This document shows positions 38,541 through 57,890 of a stretch of DNA of 64,000 bases, one piece after another. The notes under the pieces are model-generated. The model saw only the letters and a list, made by a program, of their open reading frames with translations, was not told the origin of the DNA and ran no database searches. Both the position numbers and the translations under genes were made by a program. This stretch comes from the human T2T-CHM13v2.0 reference genome, Homo sapiens: the NCBI RefSeq assembly GCF_009914755.1, contig NC_060948.1. One strand, given 5' to 3'. Position 1 is the first letter of the stretch. Each line of letters begins with the position of its first letter.

Positions 38541-40653
38541 AAGATCCATATTTTTTAAATGAAAAAAAATTTCAAAGGTACTCTGCTTGGTACAATAATC
38601 AAATGTATAAACTGAGGAATAAAACATAACCATGAAACCTACTTATAACTGCAGATGGAAAATACAGAGGATAATTTTTTAAATAACATATTTTGAAAGC
38701 CTTAACTAGTAATTTGAAGAGTTGGCATTTGTAAGGCCAGTATGAATATACCTTCAAAGAAGCAACACAGGTTCCCCATGAGAAAAAGCAAACTCAGGGA
38801 AAATAAAACCACAAAGGTTCAATCTCTTCTGACCTTTGAAAGACACAGCACAGACAGTGGTCCTTAGGACGAAGAGCAGGAGACCCCTAATTCCGTCACC
38901 ATGGCGATAGGGCATAAACATTGCTGGGTGAGGGCACAATCCACATTGTGAGGTCCAACTGCTGCCAGGAAGACAGGAGTGCTTTTACATAGACCGAAAG
39001 GTCATTGAAGGCTCAGAGTTTTGTTTCAAGAACTGAATCCCAAGCCCACACGTTATTAGGCTGCGCTTCTTAAAACAAGTTATGAGATGGGAAAAAGGGC
39101 ACCCACAAACATACGTATACATTATGTATATAATAATATACAGTATCATATATAAAATATGTATAACCAATGTATAATATTGTTTTACATCCTGCATCTT
39201 ATATTATATATATTGTATAAAATATAATAATTGATAATATATAAGTTTTATATTTATACAATATGACATATAGTATATATTATACTTTATGACATATATA
39301 ATATATGTTATATATCATATATAGAATATATTATACGGTTAATATACGTATTAAATATAAATTATACATTATATATATTATATAAAATATATCTGTTATA
39401 TATAATACCCATTATGCATAATATATATATTATGTCTATGTTATATATAGTATAAAACAACATATAATAATATATAATTGTATATATAAAATGCGACATA
39501 TAATATATATTATATTTTATGACATATGTAATATGTATTATATATTATATATAATACGTTGTATGTATAATACCTATATTAAATATATATTATATGACTA
39601 TGTTATTAATTACATGTCACATATGTTATATATTATATATTTTACATAGAATATACCGGTTACATGCAATATATACTATGTTACCTATAATGTATAATTG
39701 ATTACATGTAAAATAAAGAATGCAATATATTATGTATAATTTATAATATACAATATGTGGAATGTGATATATATAACATATAATATATGATATATGATAT
39801 ACAGTATATGATATATAACATACAATATATGATTCCTAATATATATGGTATACAATATATATTTTATGATATGTATTCTATATGTTTTATATTCTGTTAT
39901 ATATAACTATTTGAAATTATATATAACTGTATAATATTTTATGCAAATATGTAATATAATATATATAACTATATAATATATTATATGTAACAATATATTA
40001 TGTTATATATACTTTTATAACATAATTTACATTAAATATCATAATATAATATATATTATATTATTTCACATTACATAATATATATTACATATCACCCAAT
40101 ATAAGTAACATAGATAATATTATAATATAGATTATATTATGTTATATTAAATATCATATATATCATGTATCTTATATTCTATAATATATATTACACATTA
40201 TATAATATGTATGTTGTCTATTATGTGATATATATAACTATATATATAATTATATTATTATACATATAACTAGATAAACATGTAATTCTACATATTTTCA
40301 TTTATAATATATAGAATTATATAATCATATATAATTATTTATATTCTATAAAAAATTATATCATTATATAAATTATAATATAAAAAAATTATAATATGTA
40401 CTACAAATATATATATTATATATCATATATGATATAGTACCTTTGTTATATATCATAATACATATAAATGTGTATTATGTTATCTATAATTATATAATTT
40501 CATATATAAGATATATAATATGTATTATATATTGTATATGTTATGTGATATATATAGTATATATAAGCTGACACAGGATAAATATTATATACTATGACAT
40601 ATAAAATATATGAGGTTATATGTTACATATAAGGCATAGCACATAACATGTAA

Positions 40654-40959
<306 letters not shown>

Positions 40960-43058
40960 AAGATCCATATTTTTTAAATGAAAAAAAATTTCAAAGGTAC
41001 TCTGCTTGGTACAATAATCAAATGTATAAACTGAGGAATAAAACATAACCATGAAACCTACTTATAACTGCATATGGAAAATACAGAGGATAATTTTTTA
41101 AATAACATATTTTGAAAGCCTTAACTAGTAATTTGAAGAGTTGGCATTTGTAAGGCCAGTATGAATATACCTTCAAAGCAGCAACACAGGTTCCCCATGA
41201 GAAAAAGCAAACTCAGGGGAAATAAAACCACAAAGGTTCAATCTCTTCTGACCTTTGAAAGACACAGCACAGACAGTGGTCCTTAGGACGAAGAGCAGGA
41301 GACCCCTAATTCCGTCACCATGGCGATAGGGCATAAACATTGCTGGGTGAGGGCACAATCCACATTGTGAGGTCCAACTGCTGCCAGGAAGACAGGAGTG
41401 CTTTTACATAGACCGAAAGGTCATTGAAGGCTCAGAGTTTTGTTTCAAGAACTGAATCCCAAGCCCACACGTTATTAGGCTGCGCTTCTTAAAACAAGTT
41501 ATGAGATGGGAAAAAGGGCACCCACAAACATACGTATACATTATGTATATAATAATATACAGTATCATATATAAAATATGTATAACCAATGTATAATATT
41601 GTTTTACATCCTGCATCTTATATTATATATATTGTATAAAATATAATAATTGATAATATATAAGTTTTATATTTATACAATATGACATATAGTATATATT
41701 ATACTTTATGACATATATAATATATGTTATATATCATATATAGAATATATTATACGGTTAATATACGTATTAAATATAAATTATACATTATATATATTAT
41801 ATAAAATATATCTGTTATATATAATACCCATTATGCATAATATATATATTATGTCTATGTTATATATAGTATAAAACAACATATAATAATATATAATTGT
41901 ATATATAAAATGCGACATATAATATATATTATATTTTATGACATATGTAATATATATTATATATTATATATAATACGTTGTATGTATAATACCTATATTA
42001 AATATATATTATATGACTATGTTATTAATTACATGTCACATATGTTATATATTATATATTTTACATAGAATATACCGGTTAAATACAATATATACTATGT
42101 TACCTATAATGTATAATTGATTACATGTAAAATAAAGAATGCAATATATTATGTATAATTTATAATATACAATATGTGGAATGTGATATATATAACATAT
42201 AATATATGATATATGATATACAGTATATGATATATAACATACAATATATGATACCTAATATATATGGTATACAATATATATTTTAAGATATGTATTCTAT
42301 ATGTTTTATATTCTGTTATATATAACTATTTGAAATTATATATAACTGTATAATATTTTATGTAAATATGTAATATAATATATATAACTATATAATATAT
42401 TATATATAACTATATATTATGTTATATATACTTTTATAACATAATTTACATAAAATGACATAATATAATATATATTATATTATTTCACATTACATAATAT
42501 ATATTACATATCACCCAATATAAGTAACATACATAATATTATAATATAGATTATATTATGTTATATTAAATATCATATATATCATGTATCATATATTCTA
42601 TAATATATATTACACATTATATAATATGTATGTTGTCTATTTTGTGATATATAAAACTATATATATAATTATATTATTATACATATAACTAGATAAACAT
42701 GTAATTCTACATATTTTCATTTGTAATATATAGAATTATATGATCATATATAATTATTTATATTCTATAAAAAATTATATCATTATATAAATTATAATAT
42801 AAAAAAATTATAATATGTACTACAAATATATATATTATATATCATATATGATATAGTACCTTTGTTATATATCATAATACATATAAATGTGTATTATGTT
42901 ATCTATAATTATATAATTTCATATATAAGATATATAATATGTATTATATATTGTATATGTTATGTGATATATATAGTATATATAAGCTGACACAGGATAA
43001 ATATTATATACTATGACATATAAAATATATGAGGTTATATGTTACATATAAGGCATAG

Positions 43059-43378
<320 letters not shown>

Positions 43379-45507
43379 AAGATCCATATTTTTTAAATGA
43401 AAAAAAATTTCAAAGGTACTCTGCTTGGTACAATAATCAAATGTATAAACTGAGGAATAAAACATAACCATGAAACCTACTTATAACTGCAGATGGAAAA
43501 TACAGAGGATAATTTTTTAAATAACATATTTTGAAAGCCTTAACTAGTAATTTGAAGAGTTGGCATTTGTAAGGCCAGTATGAATATACCTTCAAAGCAG
43601 CAACACAGGTTCCCCATGAGAAAAAGCAAACTCAGGGAAAATAAAACCACAAAGGTTTAATCTCTTCTGACCTTTGAAAGACACAGCACAGACAGTGGTC
43701 CTTAGGACGAAGAGCAGGAGACCCCTAATTCCGTCACCATGGCGATAGGGCATAAACATTGCTGGGTGAGGGCACAATCCACATTGTGAGGTCCAACTGC
43801 TGCCAGGAAGACAGGAGTGCTTTTACATAGACCGAAAGGTCATTGAAGGCTCAGAGTTTTGTTTCAAGAACTGAATCCCAAGCCCACACGTTATTAGGCT
43901 GCGCTTCTTAAAACAAGTTATGAGATGGGAAAAAGGGCACCCACAAACATACGTATACATTATGTATATAATAATATACAGTATCATATATAAAATATGT
44001 ATAACCTATGTATAATATTGTTTTACATCCTGCATCTTATATTATATATATTGTATACAATATAATAATTGATAATATATAAGTTTTATATTTATACAAT
44101 ATGACATATAGTATATATTATAATTTATGACATATATAATATATGTTATATATCATATATAGAATATATTATACGGTTAATATACGTATTAAATATAAAT
44201 TATACATTATATATATTATATAAAATATATCTGTTATATATAATACCCTTTATGCATAATATATATATTATGTCTATGTTATATATAGTATAAAACAACA
44301 TATAATAATATATAATTGTATATATAAAATGCGACATATAATATAAATTATATTTTATGACATATGTAATATGTATTATATATTATATATAATACGTTGT
44401 ATGTATAATACCTATATTAAATATATATTATATGAATATGTTATTAATTACATGTCACATATGTTATATATTATATATTTTACATAGAATATACCGGTTA
44501 CATGCAATATATACTATGTTACCTATAATGTATAATTGATTACATGTAAAATAAAGAATGCAATATATTATGTATAATTTATAATACACAATATGTGGAA
44601 TGTGATATATATAACATATAATATATGATATATGATATACAGTATATGATATATAACATACAATATATGATACCTAATATATATGGTATACAATATATAT
44701 TTTAAGTTATGCATTCTATATGTTTTATATTCTGTTATATATAACAATTTGAAATTATATATAACTGTATAATATTTTATGTAAATATGTAATATAATAT
44801 ATATAACTATATAATATATTATATATAACTATATATTATGTTATATATACTTTTATAACATAATTTACATAAAATGTCATAATATAATATATATTATATT
44901 ATTTCACATTACATAATATATATTACATATCACCCAATATAAGTAACATACATAATATTATAATATAGATTATATTATGTTATATTAAATATCATATATA
45001 TCATGTATCATATATTCTATAATATATATTACACATTATATAATATGTATGTTGTCTATTTTGTGATATATAAAACTATATATATAATTATATTATTATA
45101 CATATAACTAGATAAACATGTAATTCTACATATTTTCATTTGTAATATATAGAATTATATAATCATATATAATTATTTATATTCTATAAAAAATTATATC
45201 ATTATATAAATTATAATATAAAAAAATTATAATATGTACTACAAATATACATATTATATATCATATATGATATAGTACCTTTGTTATATATCATAATACA
45301 TATAAATGTGTATTATGTTATCTATAATTATATAATTTCATATATAAGATGTATAATATGTAATATATATTGTCTATGTTATGTAATATATATAGTATAT
45401 GTAAGCTGACACAGGATAAATATTATATACTATGACATATAAAATATATGAGGTTATATGTTACATATAAGGCATAGCACATAACATGTAATATATATCA
45501 TATATAA

Positions 45508-45798
<291 letters not shown>

Positions 45799-47897
45799 AA
45801 GATCCATATTTTTTAAATGAAAAAAAATTTCAAAGGTACTCTGCTTGGTACAATAATCAAATGTATAAACTGAGGAATAAAACATAACCATGAAACCTAC
45901 TTATAACTGCATATGGAAAACACAGAGGATAATTTTTTAAATAACATATTTTGAAAGCCTTAACTAGTAATTTGAAGAGTTGGCATTTGAAAGGCCAGTA
46001 TGAATATACCTTCAAAGCAGCAACACAGGTTCCCCATGAGAAAAAGCAAACTCAGGGAAAATAAAACCACAAAGGTTCAATCTCTTCTGACCTTTGAAAG
46101 ACACAGCACAGACAGTGGTCCTTAGGACGAAGAGCAGGAGACCCCTAATTCCGTCACCATGGCGATAGGGCATAAACATTGCTGGGTGAGGGCACAATCC
46201 ACATTGAGAGGTCCAACTGCTGCCAGGAAGACAGGAGTGCTTTTACATAGACCGAAAGGTCATTGAAGGCTCAGAGTTTTGTTTCAAGAACTGAATCCCA
46301 AGCCCACACGTTATTAGGCTGCGCTTCTTAAAACAAGTTATGAGATGGGAAAAAGGGCACCCACAAACATACGTATACATTATGTATATAATAATATACA
46401 GTATCATATATATAATATATATAACCTATGCATAATATTGTTTTACATCATGCATCTTATATTATATATATTGTATAAAATATAATAATTCATAATATAT
46501 AACGTTTATATTTATACAATATGACATATAGTATATATTATAATTTATGACCTATATAATATATGTTATATATCATATATAGAATATATTATACGGTTAA
46601 TATACGTATTAAATATAAATTATACATTATATATATTATATAAAATATATCTGTTATATATAATACCCTTTATGCATAATATATATATTATGTCTATGTT
46701 ATATATAGTATAAAACAACATATAATAATATATAATTGTATATATAAAATGCGACATATAATATATATTATATTTTATGACATATGTAATATATATTATA
46801 TATTATATATAATACGTTGTATGTATAATACCTATATTAAATATATATTATATGACTATGTTATTAATTACATGTCACATATGTTATATATTACATATTT
46901 TACATAGAATATACCGGTTACATGCAATATATACTATGTTACCTATAATGTATAATTGATTACATGTAAAATAAAGAATGCAATATATTATGTATAATTT
47001 ATAATATACAATATGTGGAATGTGATATATATAACATATAATATATGATATATGATATACAGTATATGATATATAACATACAATATATGATACCTAATAT
47101 ATATGGTATACAATACATATTTTATGATATGTATTCTATATGTTTTATATTCTGTTATATATAACTATTTGAAATTATATATAACTGTATAATATTTTAT
47201 GCAAATATGTAATATAATATATATAACTATATAATATATTATATATAACTATATATTATGTTATATATACTTTTATAACATAATTTACATTAAATATCAT
47301 AATATAATATATATTATATTATTTCACATTACATAATATATATTACATATCACCCAATATAAGTAACATACATAATATTATAATATAGATTATATTATGT
47401 TATATTAAATATCATATATATCATGTATCATATATTCTATAATATATATTACACATTATATAATATGTATGTTGTCTATTATGTGATATATATAACTATA
47501 TATATAATTATATTATTATACATATAACTAGATAAACATGTAATTCTACATATTTTCATTTATAATATATAGAATTATATAATCATATATAATTATTTAT
47601 ATTCTATAAAAAATTATATCATTATATAAATTATAATATAAAAAAATTATAATATGTACTACAAATATATATATTATATATCATATATGATATAGTACCT
47701 TTGTTATATATCATAATACATATAAATGTGTATTATGTTATCTATAATTATATAATTTCATATATAAGATGTATAATATGTATTATATATTGTATATGTT
47801 ATGTAATATATATAGTATATATAAGCTGACACAGGATAAATATTATATACTATGACATATAAAATATATGAGGTTATATGTTACATATAAGGCATAG

Positions 47898-48217
<320 letters not shown>

Positions 48218-50346
48218 AAGATCCATATTTTTTAAATGAAAAAAAATTTCAAAGGTACTCTGCTTGGTACAATAATCAAATGTATAAACTGAGGAATAAA
48301 ACATAACCATGAAACCTACTTATAACTGCATATGGAAAATACAGAGGATAATTTTTTAAATAACATATTTTGAAAGCCTTAACTAGTAATTTGAAGAGTT
48401 GGCATTTGTAAGGCCAGTATGAATATACCTTCAAAGCAGCAACACAGGTTCCCCATGAGAAAAAGCAAACTCAGGGAAAATAAAACCACAAAGGTTCAAT
48501 CTCTTCTGACCTTTGAAAGACACAGCACAGACAGTGGTCCTTAGGACGAAGAGCAGGAGACCCCTAATTCCGTCACCATGGCGATAGGGCATAAACATTG
48601 CTGGGTGAGGGCACAATCCACATTGTGAGGTCCAACTGCTGCCAGGAAGACAGGAGTGCTTTTACATAGACCGAAAGGTCATTGAAGGCTCAGAGTTTTG
48701 TTTCAAGAACTGAATCCCAAGCCCACACGTTATTAGGCTGCGCTTCTTAAAACAAGTTATGAGATGGGAAAAAGGGCACCCACAAACATACGTATACATT
48801 ATGTATATAATAATATACAGTATCATATATAAAATATGTATAACCTATGTATAATATTGTTTTACATCCTGCATCTTATATTATATATATTGTATAAAAT
48901 ATAATAATTGATAATATATAAGTTTTATATTTATACAATATGACATATAGTATATATTATAATTTATGACATATATAATATATGTTATATATCATATATA
49001 GAATATATTATACGGTTAATATACGTATTAAATATAAATTATACATTATATATATTATATAAAATATATCTGTTATATATAATACCCATTATGCATAATA
49101 TATATATTATGTCTATGTTATATATAGTATAAAACAACATATAATAATATATAATTGTATATATAAAATGCGACATATAATATATATTATATTTTATGAC
49201 ATATGTAATATATATTATATATTATATATAATACGTTGTATGTATAATACCTATATTAAATATATATTATATGACTATGTTATTAATTACATGTCACATA
49301 TGTTATATATTATATATTTTACATAGAATATACCGGTTACATACAATATATACTATGTTACCTATAATGTATAATTGATTACATGTAAAATAAAGAATGC
49401 AATATATTATGTATAATTTATAATATACAATATGTGGAATGTGATATATATAACATATAATATATGATATATGATATACAGTATATGATATATAACATAC
49501 AATATATGATACCTAATATATATGGTATACAATATATATTTTATGATATGTATTCTATATGTTTTATATTCTGTTATATATAACTATTTGAAATTATATA
49601 TAACTGTATAATATTTTATGTAAATATGTAATATAATATATATAACTATATAATATATTATATATAACTATATATTATGTTATATATACATTTATAACAT
49701 AATTTACATAAAATGTCATAATATAATATATATTATATTATTTCACATTACATAATATATATTACATATCACCCAATATAAGTAACATACATAATATTAT
49801 AATATAGATTATATTATGTTATATTAAATATCATATATATCATGTATCATATATTCCATAATATATATTACACATTATATAATATGTATGTTGTCTATTT
49901 TGTGATATATAAAACTATATATATAATTATATTATTATACATATAAGTAGATAAACATGTAATTATACATATTTTCATTTGTAATATATAGAATTATATA
50001 ATCATATATAATTATTTATATTCTATAAAAAATTATATCATTATATAAATTATAATATAAAAAAATTATAATATGTACTACAAATATATATATTATATAT
50101 CATATATGATATAGTACCTTTGTTATATATCATAATACATATAAATGTGTATTATGTTATCTATAATTATATAATTTCATATGTAAGATGTATAATATGT
50201 ATTATATATTCTCTATGTTATGTAATATATATAGTATATGTAAGCTGACACAGGATAAATATTATATACTATGACATATAAAATATATGAGGTTATATGT
50301 TACATATAAGGCATAGCACATAACATGTAATATATATCATATATAA

Positions 50347-50637
50347 TTTTTTTTTAGACAGAGTCTTGTCGTGTTGCACAGGGTGGAGTACAATGGCGCC
50401 ATCTTTGCTCACTGCAACATCTGCCTCACGGGTCTAAGCGATTGTCATCCCTCAGCCTCCCAGGTAACTGGGACTACACCACACTGGGAGTACACCAGCT
50501 GCCACCATGCCTAGCTAATTTTTTGGATTTTTAGTAGTGACAGCGTTTCACTGTATTGGCCAGGATGGTCTTGATCTCTTCACCTTGTGATCCCCTTGCC
50601 TTGGCCTCCAAATTTGCTGGGATTACAGGCCTGAGCC
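50347..50637 (-). mobile_element. Alu copy, U21
   Basis: Near-identical to 1980-2270 (A-type). Confidence 0.93.
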
Positions 50638-52766
50638 AAGATCCATATTTTTTAAATGAAAAAAAATTTCAAAGGTACTCTGCTTGGTACAATAATCAAA
50701 TGTATAAACTGAGGAATAAAACATAACCATGAAACCTACTTATAACTGCATATGGAAAATACAGAGGATAATTTTTTAAATAACATATTTTGAAAGCCTT
50801 AACTAGTAATTTGAAGAGCTGGCATTTGAAAGGCCAGTATGAATATACCTTCAAAGCAGCAACACAGGTTCCCCATGAGAAAAAGCAAACACAGGGAAAA
50901 TAAAAACACAAAGGTTCAATCTCTTCTGACCTTTGAAAGACACAGCACAGACAGTGGTCCTTAGGACGAAGAGCAGGAGACCCCTAATTCCGTCACCATG
51001 GCGATAGGGCATAAACATTGCTGGGTGAGGGCACAATCCACATTGTGAGGTCCAACTGCTGCCAGGAAGACAGGAGTGCTTTTACATAGACCGAAAGGTC
51101 ATTGAAGGCTCAGAGTTTTGTTTCAAGAACTGAATCCCAAGCCCACACGTTATTAGGCTGCGCTTCTTAAAACAAGTTATGAGATGGGAAAAAGGGCACC
51201 CACAAACATACGTATACATTATGTATATAATAATATACAGTATCATATATATAATATATATAACCTATGTATAATATTGTTTTACATCCTGCATCTTATG
51301 TTATATATATTGTATAAAATATAATAATTGATAATATATAAGTTTTATATTTATACAATATGACATATAGTATATATTATAATTTAAGACATATATAATA
51401 TATGTTATATACCATATATAGAATATATTATACGGTTAATATACGTATTAAATATAAATTATACATTATATATATTATATATAATATATCTGTTATATAT
51501 AATACCCATTATGCATAATATATATATTATGTCTATGTTATATATAGTATAAAACAACATATAATAATATATAATTGTATATATAAAATGCGACATATAA
51601 TACATATTATATTTTATAACATATGTAATATATATTATATATTATATATAATACGTTGTATGTATAATACCTATATTAAATATATATTATATGACTATGT
51701 TATTAATTACATGTCACATGTGTTATATATTATATATTTTACATACAATATACCTGTTACATACAATATATACTATGTTACCTATAATGTATAATTTATT
51801 ACATGTAAAATAAAGAATGCAATATATTATGTATAATTTATAATATACCATATGTGGAATGTGATATATATAACATATAATATATGATATATGATATACA
51901 GTATATGATATATAACATACAATATATGATTCCTAATATATATGGTATACAATATATATTTTATGATATGTATTCTATATGTTTTATATTCTGTTATATA
52001 TAACTATTTGAAATTATATATAACTGTATAATATTTTATGTAAATATGTAATATAATATATATAACTATATAATATATTATATATAACTATATATTATGT
52101 TATATATACTTTTATAACATAATTTGCATAAAATATCATAACATAATATATATTATATTATTTCATATTACATAATATATATTACATATCACCCAATATA
52201 ACTAACATACATAATATTATAATATAGATTATATTGTGTTATATTAAATATCATATATATCATGTATCATATATTCTATAATATATATTACACATTATAT
52301 AATATGTATGTTGTCTATTATGTGATATATATAACTCTATATATAATTATATTTTTATACATATAACTAGATAAACATGTAATTCTACATATTTTCATTT
52401 AAAATATGTAGAATTATATAATCATATATAATTATTTATATTCTATAAAAAATTTTATCATTATATAAATTATAATATATAAAAATTATAATATGTACTA
52501 CAAATATATATATTATATATCATATATGATATAGTACCTTTGTTATATATCATAATACATATAAATGTGTATTATGTTATCTATAATTATATAATTTCAT
52601 ATATAAGATGTATAATATGTATCATATATTATATATGTTATGTAATATATATAGTATATATAAGATGACACAGGATAAATATTATATACTATGACATATA
52701 AAATATATCAGGTTATATGTTACATATAAGGCATAGCACATAACATGTAATATATATCATATATAA

Positions 52767-53057
52767 TTTTTTTTTAGACAGAATCTTGTCCTGTTGCACA
52801 GTGTGGGGTACAATGGCGCCATCTTTGCTCACTGCAACTTCTGCCTCACAGGTCCAAGCGATTGTCCTCCCTCAGCCTCCCAGGTAGCTGGGACTACACC
52901 ACACTGGGACTACACCAGCTGCCACCATGCCTAGCTAATTTTTTGGATTTTTAGTAGTGACAGCGTTTCACTGTATTGGCCAGGATGGTCTTGATCTCTT
53001 CACCTTGTGATCCCCTTGCCTTGGCCTCCAAATTTGCTGGGATTACAGGCCTGAGCC
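52767..53057 (-). mobile_element. Alu copy, U22
   Basis: Near-identical to 1980-2270 (B-type). Confidence 0.93.
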
Positions 53058-55179
53058 AAGATCCATATTTTTTAAATGAAAAAAAATTTCAAAGGTACTC
53101 TGCTTGGTACAATAATCAAATGTATAAACTGAGGAATAAAACATAACCATGAAACCTACTTATAACTGCATATGGAAAATACAGAGGATAATTTTTTAAA
53201 TAACATATTTAGAAAGCCTTAACTAGTAATTTGAAGAGCTGGCATTTGAAAGTCCAGTATGAATATACCTTCAAAGGAGCAACACAGGTTCCCCATGAGA
53301 AAAAGCAAACACAGGGAAAATAAAAACACAAAGGTTCAATCTCTTCTGACCTTTGAAAGACACAGCACAGACAGTGGTCCTTAGGACGAAGAGCAGGAGA
53401 CCCCTAATTCCGTCACCATGGCGATAGGGCATAAACATTGCTGGGTGAGGGCACAATCCACATTGTGAGGTCCAACTGCTGCCAGGAAGACAGGAGTGCT
53501 TTTACATAGACCGAAAGGTCATTGAAGGCTCAGAGTTTTGTTTCAAGAACTGAATCCCAAGCCCACACGTTATTAGGCTGCGCTTCTTAAAACAAGTTAT
53601 GAGATGGGAAAAAGGGCACCCACAAACATAGGTATACATTATGTATATAATAATATAGAGTGTTATATATATAATATATATAACCTGTGTATAATATTGT
53701 TTTACATCCTGCATCTTATGTTATATATATTGTATAAAATATAATAATTGATAATATATAAGTTTTATAATTATACAATATGACATATAGTATATATTAT
53801 AATTTATGACATATATAATATATGTTATATATCATATATAGAATATATTATACGGTTAATATACGTATTAAATATAAATTATACATTATATATATTATAT
53901 ATAATATATCTGTTATATATAATACCCATTATGCATAATATATATATTATGTCTATGTTATATATAGTATAAAACAACATATAATAATATATAATTGTAT
54001 ATATAAAATGCGACATATAATATATATTATATTTTATAACATATGTAATATATATTATATATAATACGTTGTATGTATAATACCTATATTAAATATATAT
54101 TATATGACTATGTTATTAACTACATGTCACATGTGTTATATATTATATATTTTACATAGAATATACCGGTTACATACAATATATACTATGTTACCTATAA
54201 TGTATAATTTATTACATGTAAAATAAAGAATGCAATATATTATGTAAAATTTATAATATACAATATGTGGAATGTGATATATATAACATATAATATATGA
54301 TATATGATATACAGTATATGATATATAACATACAATATATGATTCCTAATATATATGGTATACAATATATATTTTATGATATGTATTCTATATGTTTTAT
54401 ATTCTGTTATATATAACTATTTGAAATTATATATAACTGTATAATATTTTATGTAAATATGTAATATAATATATATAACTATATAATATATTATATATAA
54501 CTATATATTATGTTATATATACTTTTATAACATAATTTACATAAAATATCATAATATAATATATATTATATTATTTCATATTACATAATATATATTACAT
54601 ATCACCCAATATAACTAACATACATAATATTATAATATAGATTATATTATGTTATATTAAATATCATATATATCATGTATCATATATTCTATAATATATA
54701 TTACACATTATATAATATGTATGTTGTCTATTATGTGATATATATAACTATATATATAATTATATTTTTATACATATAACTAGATAAACATGTAATTCTA
54801 CATATTTTCATTTATAATATGTAGAATTATATAATCATATATAATTATTTATATTCTATAAAAAATTTTATCATTATATAAATTATAATATATAAAAATT
54901 ATAATATGTACTACAAATATATATATTATATATCATATATGATATAGTACCTTTGTTATATATCATAATACATATAAATGTGTATTATGTTATCTATAAT
55001 TATATAATTTCATATATAAGATGTATAATATGTATCATATATTATATATGTTATGTAATATATATAGTATATATAAGATGACACAGGATAAATATTATAT
55101 ACTATGACATATAAAATATATGAGGTTATATGTTACATATAAGGCATAGCACATAACATGTAATATATATCATATATAA

Positions 55180-55470
55180 TTTTTTTTTAGACAGAATCTT
55201 GTCCTGTTGCACAGGGTGGGGTACAATGGCGCCATCTTTGCTCACTGCAACTTCTGCCTCATGGGTCCAAGCGATTGTCCTCCCTCAGCCTCCCAGGTAG
55301 CTGGGACTACGCCACACTGGGACTACACCAGCTGCCACCATGCCTAGCTAATTTTTTGGATTTTTAGTAGTGACAGCGTTTCACTGTATTGGCCAGGATG
55401 GTCTTGATCTCTTCACCTTGTGATCCCCTTGCCTTGGCCTCCAAATTTGCTGGGATTACAGGCCTGAGCC
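55180..55470 (-). mobile_element. Alu copy, U23
   Basis: Near-identical to 1980-2270 (B-type). Confidence 0.93.
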
Positions 55471-57599
55471 AAGATCCATATTTTTTAAATGAAAAAAAAT
55501 TTCAAAGGTACTCTGCTTGGTACAATAATCAAATGTATAAACTGAGGAATAAAACATAACCATGAAACCTACTTATAACTGCATATGGAAAATACAGAGG
55601 ATAATTTTTTAAATAACATATTTTGAAAGCCTTAACTAGTAATTTGAAGAGTTGGCATTTGAAAGGCCAGTATGAATATACCTTCAAAGCAGCAACACAG
55701 GTTCCCCATGAGAAAAAGCAAACACAGGGAAAATAAAAACACAAAGGTTCAATCTCTTCTGACCTTTGAAAGACACAGCACAGACAGTGGTCCTTAGGAC
55801 GAAGAGCAGGAGACCCCTAATTCCGTCACCATGGCGATAGGGCATAAATATTGCTGGGTGAGGGCACAATCCACATTGTGAGGTCCAACTGCTGCCAGGA
55901 AGACAGGAGTGCTTTTACATAGACCGAAAGGTCATTGAAGGCTCAGAGTTTTGTTTCAAGAACTGAATCCCAAGCCCACACGTTATTAGGCTGCGCTTCT
56001 TAAAACAAGTTATGAGATGGGAAAAAGGGCACCCACAAACATACGTATACATTATGTATATAATAATATACAGTGTCATATATATAATATATATAACCTA
56101 TGTATAATATTGTTTTACATCCTGCATCTTATGTTATTTATATTGTATAAAATATAATAATTGATAATATATAAGTTTTATAATTATACAATATGACATA
56201 TAGTATATATTATAATTTATGACATATATAATATATGTTATATATCATATATAGAATATATTATACGGTTAATATACGTATTAAATATAAATTATACATT
56301 ATATATATTATATATAATATATCTGTTATATATAATACACATTATGCATAATATATATATTATGTCTATGTTATATATAGTATAAAACAACATATAATAA
56401 TATATAATTGTATATATAAAATGCGACATATAATATATATTATATTTTATAACATATGTAATATATATTATATATTATATATAATACGTTGTATGTATAA
56501 TACCTATATTAAATATATATTATATGACTATGTTATTAATTACATGTCACATGTGTTATATATTATATATTTTACATAGAATATACCGGTTACATACAAT
56601 ATATACTATGTTACCTATAATGTATAATTGATTACATGTAAAATAAAGAATGCAATATATTATGTATAATTTATAATATACAATATGTGGAATGTGATAT
56701 ATATAACATATAAAATATGATATATGATATACAGTATATGATATATAACATACAATATATGATTCCTAATATATATGGTATACAATATATATTTTATGAT
56801 ATGTATTCTATATGTTTTATATTCTGGTATATATAACTATTTGAAATTATATATAACTGTATAATATTTTATGTAAATATGTAATATAATATATATAACT
56901 ATATAATATATTATATATAACTATATATTATGTTATATATACTTTTATAACATAATTTACATAAAATATCATAATATAATATATATTATATTATTTCATA
57001 TTACATAGTATATATTACATATCACCCAATATATCTAACATACATAATATTATAATATAGATTATATTGTGTTATATTAAATATCATATATATCATGTAT
57101 CATATATTCTATAATATATATTACACATTATATAATATGTATGTTGTCTATTATGTGATATATATAACTATATATATAATTATATTTTTATACATATAAC
57201 TAGATAAACATGTAATTCTACATATTTTCATTTATAATATGTAGAATTATATAATCATATATAATTATTTATATTCTATAAAAAATTTTATCATTATATA
57301 AATTATAATATATAAAAATTATAATATGTACTACAAATATATATATTATATATCATATATGATATAGTACCTTTGTTATATATCATAATACATATAAATG
57401 TGTATTATGTTATCTATAATTATATAATTTCATATATAAGATGTATAATATGTATCATATATTATATATGTTATGTAATATATATAGTATATATAAGATG
57501 ACACAGGATAAATATTATATACTATGACATATAAAATATATGAGGTTATATGTTACATATAAGGCATAGCACATAACATTTAATATATATCATACATAA

Positions 57600-57890
57600 T
57601 TTTTTTTTAGACAGAATCTTTTCCTGTTGCACAGGGTGGGGTATAATGGCGCCATCTTTGCTCACTGCAACTTCTGCCTCACGGGTCCAAGCGATTGTCC
57701 TCCCTGAGCCTCCCAGGTAGCTGGGACTACACCACACTGGGACTACACCAGCTGCCACCATGCCTAGCTAATTTTTTGGATTTTTAGTAGTGACAGCGTT
57801 TCACTGTATTGGCCAGGATGGTCTTGATCTCTTCACCTTGTGATCCCCTTGCCTTGGCCTGCAAATTTGCTGGGATTACAGGCCTGAGCC
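57600..57890 (-). mobile_element. Alu copy, U24
   Basis: Near-identical to 1980-2270 (B-type). Confidence 0.93.

Noticed and set aside
57546-57761. 71-aa ORF ([10 protein letters not shown]...)
   Set aside because: Alu-derived reading frame that appears in only one unit.
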